Positions 56,530-64,000 of a stretch of DNA of 64,000 nt are shown here, in pieces (the stretch's first letter is position 1; each line of letters starts with the position of its first letter). A program made the translations under genes and the position numbers. The stretch covers positions 1 through 64,000 of the forward strand of contig JAVKOQ020000088.1 in the NCBI GenBank assembly GCA_031835245.2. Reading direction: 5' to 3'. The notes under the pieces are model-generated. The model saw nothing but the letters and a program-made list of their open reading frames with translations. It did no database searches and was not told the DNA's origin. Source of the stretch: Balamuthia mandrillaris (taxonomy: Eukaryota).

Positions 56530-57577
56530 TTACGCAGTTGAGTCAGAAGATGATGATTCTCCTTCCTCCAAAGCCGCTTTCTCTGTTTCTTTTTCCTCTT
56601 TCTCCTCCTCTCCCTCACTATTCGTTGCTGTTCTCTCATTCGTATTGCTTTGATTCGCGTTGGCAGTGTTGCCCCTCGACCGCAACGAAAACGACCTTGT
56701 ATGTTTGGAACTTCCCCCTTCGGAGTAGGAGCGCGTGGAGCGCAGGCTCCTCGTGACATCCCGCACCCTCTTCTTCCACGCTCTCACCACCATCTTCCTC
56801 GGGAACAGCGCCAGGAAGAGCAAAAAGCCCAGGCTGGCATAGGCAAAGCCTCTCAGGCCCAGGAGCTCATAGTTCATGGTGACGGAGTCAAAGTTGCAGC
56901 CCAGGGACTCCACGTTGGAGGAGGTGTCCCCCCAGTAGATGCATGTATAGAAGAGAAGGTACTGATCCATGATCTCATCCTCGTCTTGGTAGAACTTAAT
57001 GGAGTAGGCGAAGATGAAGGTATAGTTGAAGAGGAAGATGGAGACGAAGATGAGGAGGCTATAGTTTGCCAGGAGCAAGGCCTTGACCTTCTTGCTGACC
57101 AGGGCTCTTCGCACGATTTGGATTATGGAGGCGGCGAAGAAGGCGCTACCGGCGCCGAGGGCGATGCCGACGGGGATGAACCAGAAGGCTAGGAGATAGG
57201 CCTGATCGTCTTTGGAGGAGATGAAACAGCTGTTTGCATTCATTTCAACAACAACGAAGGAGAAAGGTTAGATAGGAGCGAAGTTGAAGGAGGTGAGGAG
57301 AGGAAAAGGAAGTATGAAGGAAGCTAAAAGAGAAGAAGCATACAAGGTTCCACCGAGAGGAAAGGCCACCCGGTCAGCAGCGGCAGGAATGATGGAGAAC
57401 AACAAGGAAATGCCCCAGGCCACCACGTGATAGACCCATTGCAACACCTTTTCTGCTTTGCCGCCATCCGGCAGTTTATCAGGAAAGTACAGCTGTTCCA
57501 GCAAACAAAGTAAGTTAACGTTTACTCCTTTGGCCAAAGGTGGAAAGCGAAAGGAGAGGGAGAGAGGGAGAGAGAGA

Positions 57578-57625
<48 letters not shown>

Positions 57626-58939
57626 CCTTGAGGAACATGTTTAACGAAACGCAAGCCCACCAAATGGTCGAACACAGGTATCCAAAATGAAGTATCGTTC
57701 CTTTTTGTTCAAGTGTTTAGTCATCTGTTAACCGGTTTCTTGTCCAACCTTTCTCAAAAACACAAACGGAAGCGAACCTTGAAAAGTACACAACCCAGAG
57801 GAGGCCTCCACATCCTCAAAGGTAAAGTCCGACCGCAGCACGCCCCCATCCATCGCTATTACGTCGATGGCGATGACCTGCCCGTCCTCTCCGCACCACC
57901 AAAGCTCGTGCCCGCCGAAGGAGGGGAGGATCATGGCCCCGGCGGCGATGTGGGCGGCTATGGCGGACATCATGAGCAGGTTCGAAGGGTACTTGCGTAG
58001 CTTGGAGTCGATGAGGGAGGTTACTATCCACGCCAATGAACCAGCCTTTTTAACAGGTTTGTGTTCGTTTTCGTAAGCATTTCCTTCATCTTGAAGAGAA
58101 AGAGCAGGAGAAGGAGAAAGAAGAAAGAGGAAGAGGAAGAGAAACAGAAACAGAAACCATGAAAGATGAAGAGAAACGACGAAAGAGGAATCGTTTCAAG
58201 GAGAAAAGACTTACCCAAGATAACCATCCAAACGTCAGCTGAAGCGCTTGGAGGGCATCATACTCCTCATCGGTCAAGGAGGGCAAGGGACACTCCAATC
58301 CACACTTTAGCACGCCATCCTCAACGGTGGCTTTGAACGGGTCCTGACAGTCACTTGGCACCAGGACGGTTTTGGGAGCGCGGCACTCAAACTCCAACTC
58401 GCGCCCATCGTCGAGGGTGAGGTTGTAGCGAGGCTTCTGCCAGAAGGGAGTGAAGCCGGCGTCGTAGTCGGACTCGTTGCAGAGCAACGGGAACTGTTCG
58501 TTGGGAGGGAGGAAGAACGGTAGTCCTGGGTCGAACTTTAGAACCTCGTGGAAGGCATCGCTGCAGATATTTACTTTGTTGTTGTTGAATGTTAGATGGA
58601 ACAGCAGCAGAAGCAGAAGCAAAAGAACAAGAACAAGAGCAAGAAGAAGAACAAGAACAAGAACGAGAACAAGAACAAGAACAAGAACAAGAACAAGAAG
58701 AAGAACAAGAACAAGAAGAAGAACAAGAACAAGAACAAGAACAACAACAACAACAACAACAAGAACAACAAGAACAACAACAAGAACAAGAACAAGAACA
58801 AGAACAAGAGCAAGAGCAAGAACAAGAAGAAGAACAAGAACGAAGAGAAACGCGGAGAATGGTACAATGACGAAGGCATAGGTCTTCGCATGGTTGAATG
58901 GGAAGTATCAAAGTTTCTGTTTGTTGTTGAAGTTTGGAG

Positions 58940-58982
<43 letters not shown>

Positions 58983-59478
58983 GCAAAAGTGAGCAAGGGA
59001 AAAAGTTAACATGAAAGCAGGCAACGATGGAGTCAATGAAGTGATACCATCGCCAACAGTAACACAAGGACGAAGCCAAGTAAGACAAAACAAGGTGGTG
59101 ACACTTTCAGCGCAGTCAGGAGGAACCCGGTCTCGAAAGGTGGTTCCCAAACGAAAGATGCCCTGACTCCAGAACTGGTGGCTCGGCATGGTCCAATTCT
59201 CTCCAATGAATATCAGGTCACCCTCTTTGTTTGGTTCGTTAGTTTAAACATAGGAACAAAAAGAAGCACGGAGAAGAATAAATAAAAAAGAAACCTTTGA
59301 AGCCAGTCACTTCGGAGCATTCAGCAGGAAGTCCGTTCCATGGTTGGCATGTAGCGTCAGCCACGTCCGGAGCGCCCCATTCATAACCTTCGGGGTTCTG
59401 AGCCAAGCCACAACCACTGCACAAAAGCAACAGGACGCACAACCACAAAACGACGGTACCGCTGTTCCTTTCTCTCAT
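56530..59478 (-). CDS. Frizzled/Smoothened-like GPCR, paralog 1
   Basis: Signal peptide, Cys-rich Fz-like domain (C..SVTTLFCLTWLRPC..PCEDLC), CGLECP, 7 TM helices with RKYPS, CTFQG, WWAC, YHVVAWG, CFI, FWFIP. Confidence 0.88.
58600..58845. repeat. Compound (AAGAAC)n/(AAC)n microsatellite inside a GPCR intron
   Basis: Read directly. Confidence 0.9.
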
Positions 59479-60000
59479 CCGGGTTTGTCGTTTTTGTGCA
59501 AAAAGGTGCGTGCTGTGTGCACCTCCTCTTTGTTTTTTTTTTCCCCCCCAAATATCACGGTAAGCTCTCCCTCTCCTGCTGCCAGAGTTTCTGTTTGCCA
59601 CACCTCCCTTTTTGTTTTTTTTTTTAAAGGTCTATGCGTGTGTGGTTACCCGCTTTCTTTGCCGCTTGGTCCACATGAGGAAACTCAACAAACGGTTATT
59701 TGCGGGGTTGATGCGCCACGAGGCATTAATACTATAATTTTGCCCTAAGTTCGCTAATATGGTAAAAATTGGTGGTTATTAATGGTATTTTTCCGCCAAT
59801 CAGCGGCTGGGAAAATTTGTCGACATGGCGGATGTCTTCGGTGGGGGCATTCCCGTTGCGCACTATTCCGGTTATCCCACTGGGAATTTTGGACATTGTT
59901 TGTGCTTTTAGCGATTCGCGTTTTTTTGTTACGCGTAACGTTACATTTATTGGTATAAATGAAAAAAAATACATCGACGTTAAAAAAAAAAAAGAAGGTC

Positions 60001-62524
60001 TTAGTTTTCGCTCTTCTTTTGTGCGCCGGTGGTGCTAGAGTCAGTTCCGCCTTCTTTTTGCCGCAACGAAGACAGCTGCGTGGAAGAGGTGCCCACGCTC
60101 TTTGCAACATCCTTGAAACGTTTCTGCCATGCCCGGATCACCATTCTCCTCGGGAACAAGGCCAAGAACAGCAGAAAGCCCAATGAGGCGTAGGCAAAGC
60201 CTCTCAAGCCCAACAACTCGTAGTTCACAGTCACGCTGTCAAAGTTGCATCCGATGGCTTCTTGTGCTGTAGAAGAATCTTGATCGGGGTAATAGAGACA
60301 CGTGTAGTACTTGAGATATTGGTCCATGATCTCATCCTCGTCTTGGTAGAACTTGATGGAGTAGGCGAAGATGAAGGTGTAGTTGAAGAGGAAGATGGAG
60401 ACAAAGATGAGGAGGCTGTAGTTGCTGAGGAAGACGGACTTGACCTTCTTGCTGAGAATGGCCCTTCGCACGATTTGAACGATGGAAGCCACGAAGAAGG
60501 TGCTGCCTGCGCAGAGAGCTATTCCCACCGGAATGAACCAGAAGGTTAGGAGATAGGCTTGGTTGTCTTTGGATGAGATGAAACAACTGCACGTGTGTTT
60601 TGTTTCATTTTGTTAGAGAAAATGAAACTAATAACATTTGAATGAAGATAAAAGAGAAAGAAGAAAAAGAAGAAAGATGAAAAAGGACGCAAAAAAAGTA
60701 CAAGGTTCCGCCAAGTGGAAAAGCAACGCGATCAGCAGCGGCAGGAATGATGGAAAATACCAAAGAAACACCCCATGCCACCACGTGATAGACTATCTGC
60801 AGTATTTTCTCTTCTTTGCTATCTGGCATAAGGCGTTCTCTAAAATATAACTATGTTTCAAATTTTTGTTAACTTTATAGTCATAAGAGAGGTGATATAG
60901 AAGAGAGCGAGAACAAATGGAAATGAGCGAGAGGAACCTTGAGGAACATGTTCAAAGAAACACAGGCCCACCAGATGGTCGAACACAGGTATCCAAAATG
61001 AAGTATCATTCCTGTTGATAACACATTCACTTTGTTCAACACCCAAAAAAAAAAATAATAATAATAACACACAAACTAACCTTGAAATGTGCACAACCCA
61101 CTTGAACATTCCAAGTCCTCCAACTCAAAGTCACTCCTGGGAAGCGCCTTACCGTCGATCTTCAGCTCAATGGCGACCACCTGCCCATCCTCTCCGCACC
61201 ACCATAAGTCATGCCCGCCGAAAGAAGGAAGGACCATGGCGCCTGCTGCGATGTGGGCGGCTATCGCAGACATCATCAGCATGTTGGAGGGAAACTTTCG
61301 GAACTTCTGGTAGATGACGGAAGTTATGATCCACACCAAGGAACCCACCTGGTAAACGTGAAGGGTTAGGAAAGAAGATGTGAAGGAATGGAGAGAAGGG
61401 TGAAGAGGCTAGAGGGAAGAAGGGAGGGAAAGGGAAGAGGAAGTAACCCAAGATAACCATCCGAAAGTAAGCTGAAGCGCTTTGATAGCATCATACTCTT
61501 CATCCGTCAACGACGGCAACGGACATTCCAGACCACACCTGAACTCTCCATTCACCGTCGTTGCTTTGAACGGCTCCTGGCATTCGTCCGGCACAAACAC
61601 CTCCTTCGGTGCTGAGCAGTTGAACTCCAACGACCGACCTTCGTGGGTGATGTTGTAACGCTCCTCCTGCCAATAGGGCGTGTAATGAGCGTCATAGTCC
61701 GTTTCGTTGCAGAGCAAGGGAAACTGTTCGTTGGGAGGGAGGAAGAAGGCCACTCCTGGGTCGTAGTTCAGCACTGCTGCAAAGGCCGCTGTACATACAT
61801 TCACTGTTTTTTTTTTTGATGAATAAAAGTGTTCGTTGTCGGTTGCGAAGGAGACCAGAAAGAAGCAGAAGCGAGAGATAGAGAGATAGAAACAGGACAA
61901 GAGAGACGAACAATGGTGGTAACAAAGGTCTGCGCAAGGTTGTATCGGAAGCACTAGGGTCTCTGTGTTGTCGCCTTTGCAAAACATGAGTTCCTTCTCT
62001 TCTGTCTGTAACACAAAGACAACAACCCAAAATAAAAACAAACCATCTTGCACAGTGGCGCAAGGCCTGAACCACGTCAAACAGAACAGCACGGTCACGC
62101 TCTCGGCACAGTCGACCGGAACCAAGTCCTGCAAAGAAGTGCCCAAGTTGAAGATGCCAGAGCTCCAAAACTGGTGACTGCTTGCCGTCCAGTTTGCTCC
62201 TATGAATATCGGGTCTCCCTCTACAAAGAAAGAAACGACAAGAAAGAAAGAAAAAGAGCAAAACTTTCGGTCAATAAAAAAACAAGAACAAAAAACACAA
62301 AAAAAGAAACCTTGAATGCCCACTACAGAGGCGCATTGAGCAGGCTTTCCGCTCCAGGGCACACACTTGGCATCAACGTTGTCAGGCGGGTTCCAAACGT
62401 AATCCTCCCCAGGAGTGAACTGAGCAGAGGCCAAAGGCAGAACCAACAGCACGGAAGAGGAAAAGAGAAGAAGAGAGCAAAAGAAGAAGTGAAACCGGCC
62501 TTTCGTTGTCAATTCTGTCCTCAT
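60001..62524 (-). CDS. Frizzled/Smoothened-like GPCR, paralog 2
   Basis: Same motifs and exon layout as paralog 1. Confidence 0.88.
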
Positions 62525-63000
62525 TCGTGGTTCCCTACGCTACTATTATGTGTGTGAGTGTTTCTCTTTGTTTGTTTGGTTCACCTGTTGTTGTTGTTTC
62601 ACGTTTGTTCTTGGGGAAGGAGGAGGCTGGAACAGTTAATAAGAGGGGTTGGTTTTTTTTGCAAGTGTTCATTAAAATAAATGCACGTTTACCCTTTTTA
62701 AAAAGTGTTCCGTCTGCCCTATTAAACCCTATCGGTTACGAGGAGGATCTGTTCTGCGTTTTACACCGTTGGCACAGCGAGAGTCCAAACAGAATGGCCA
62801 AGGAAATCAATAGCTGCAGCTAACTTTGGGGTATGTCCCGGCCATTCAACAAGCCGAGGGGGATTTGTCAGGAGAGAGCCAAGCCATTTTTGCAGAAGCA
62901 ACGCTTTGAATAGTAATTTACGGTATACGGGCAACCAATGAATTGAATTCGACCGTCACGTGATTCATTTGTCGACAACATATTATGTACGATGGACAGC

Positions 63001-63060
63001 GAGACAGGACCCGAGACAGGACCCGAGACAGGGCATGAGACAGGACTTGAGCCAGGACAG
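63001..63060. repeat. Five-copy 12-bp minisatellite (GAGACAGGACCC consensus)
   Basis: gagacaggaccc x2, gagacagggcat, gagacaggactt, gagccaggacag. Confidence 0.85.
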
Positions 63061-63255
63061 GAGAGAGCACAAAAGAAAGCAAGAGAGAAGCCGCGGAGAC
63101 GACCTTGGCGACAAGGGACTCTTGCATAACCAACAAGAAGAAAAGCCAAGAAAAGGGGGACCAAAAAAAAAAGAGTGAAACAAAGGTATGTTTTTGTGGT
63201 GTACATAAATAAACAAAAAACTTTTGGATGGTGTTTTTTTAAAAAAAAAAACGTT

Positions 63256-63819
<564 letters not shown>

Positions 63820-64000
63820 TCAAAATTAAAAAAAAAAGCAAAGTCTGTCTCCCTCTCTGCTGTTCTGCTGCTGCTGTAAGTTTTTGTTTTTGTTTTTTCG
63901 TTCCGAAGAAAAGAAAAAATGTGACCGTTTGCAACCAATTTATGCGTGCGAAGCGGAGACACCAACCAAAAAAAAAAAAAAAATACAAAGAATGGGCGAC

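Noticed and set aside
63001..63060. CRISPR-like array
   Set aside because: Contiguous 12-bp units with no spacers, no cas genes, eukaryotic context

Overview
This is gene-dense, intron-rich eukaryotic DNA with short GT-AG introns and abundant microsatellites. Gene content (Frizzled/Smoothened-like GPCRs, SHOCT proteins, Cys-rich surface proteins) suggests a protist, most plausibly an amoebozoan; that assignment is inference. From ~9.1 kb to 64 kb lie about 20 host genes: an FG-GAP surface protein, a SHOCT-ET-C2H2 protein, SMC5, WDR53, Amt, XPC, a 2OG-Fe(II) oxygenase, a PTP, a THxN/Cys-rich membrane protein, a sulfotransferase, an SLC35-type transporter, an AhpC-like redoxin, two KCTD-BTB genes, Aurora kinase, THI6, DTD2, two Fz/Smo-like GPCRs and ARF. 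The first ~7.8 kb is distinct. It holds an orphan 4-exon gene and a 3-exon gene of about 1157 aa. The latter encodes a tyrosine recombinase with a complete R-K-HxxR-W-Y catalytic set, fused to a C-terminal Myb domain with a telobox-like (TRF-type) DKWRNL signature. About 140 bp after its stop codon is the only tandem telomeric repeat (CCCTAA)2 I noticed in the window, followed by a CpG-depleted, decayed-looking segment. The best candidate for a novel system is therefore a Crypton-like YR-Myb DNA transposon (or domesticated recombinase) that may recognise telomeric repeats. All gene models and domain calls were made by eye; no searches were run.
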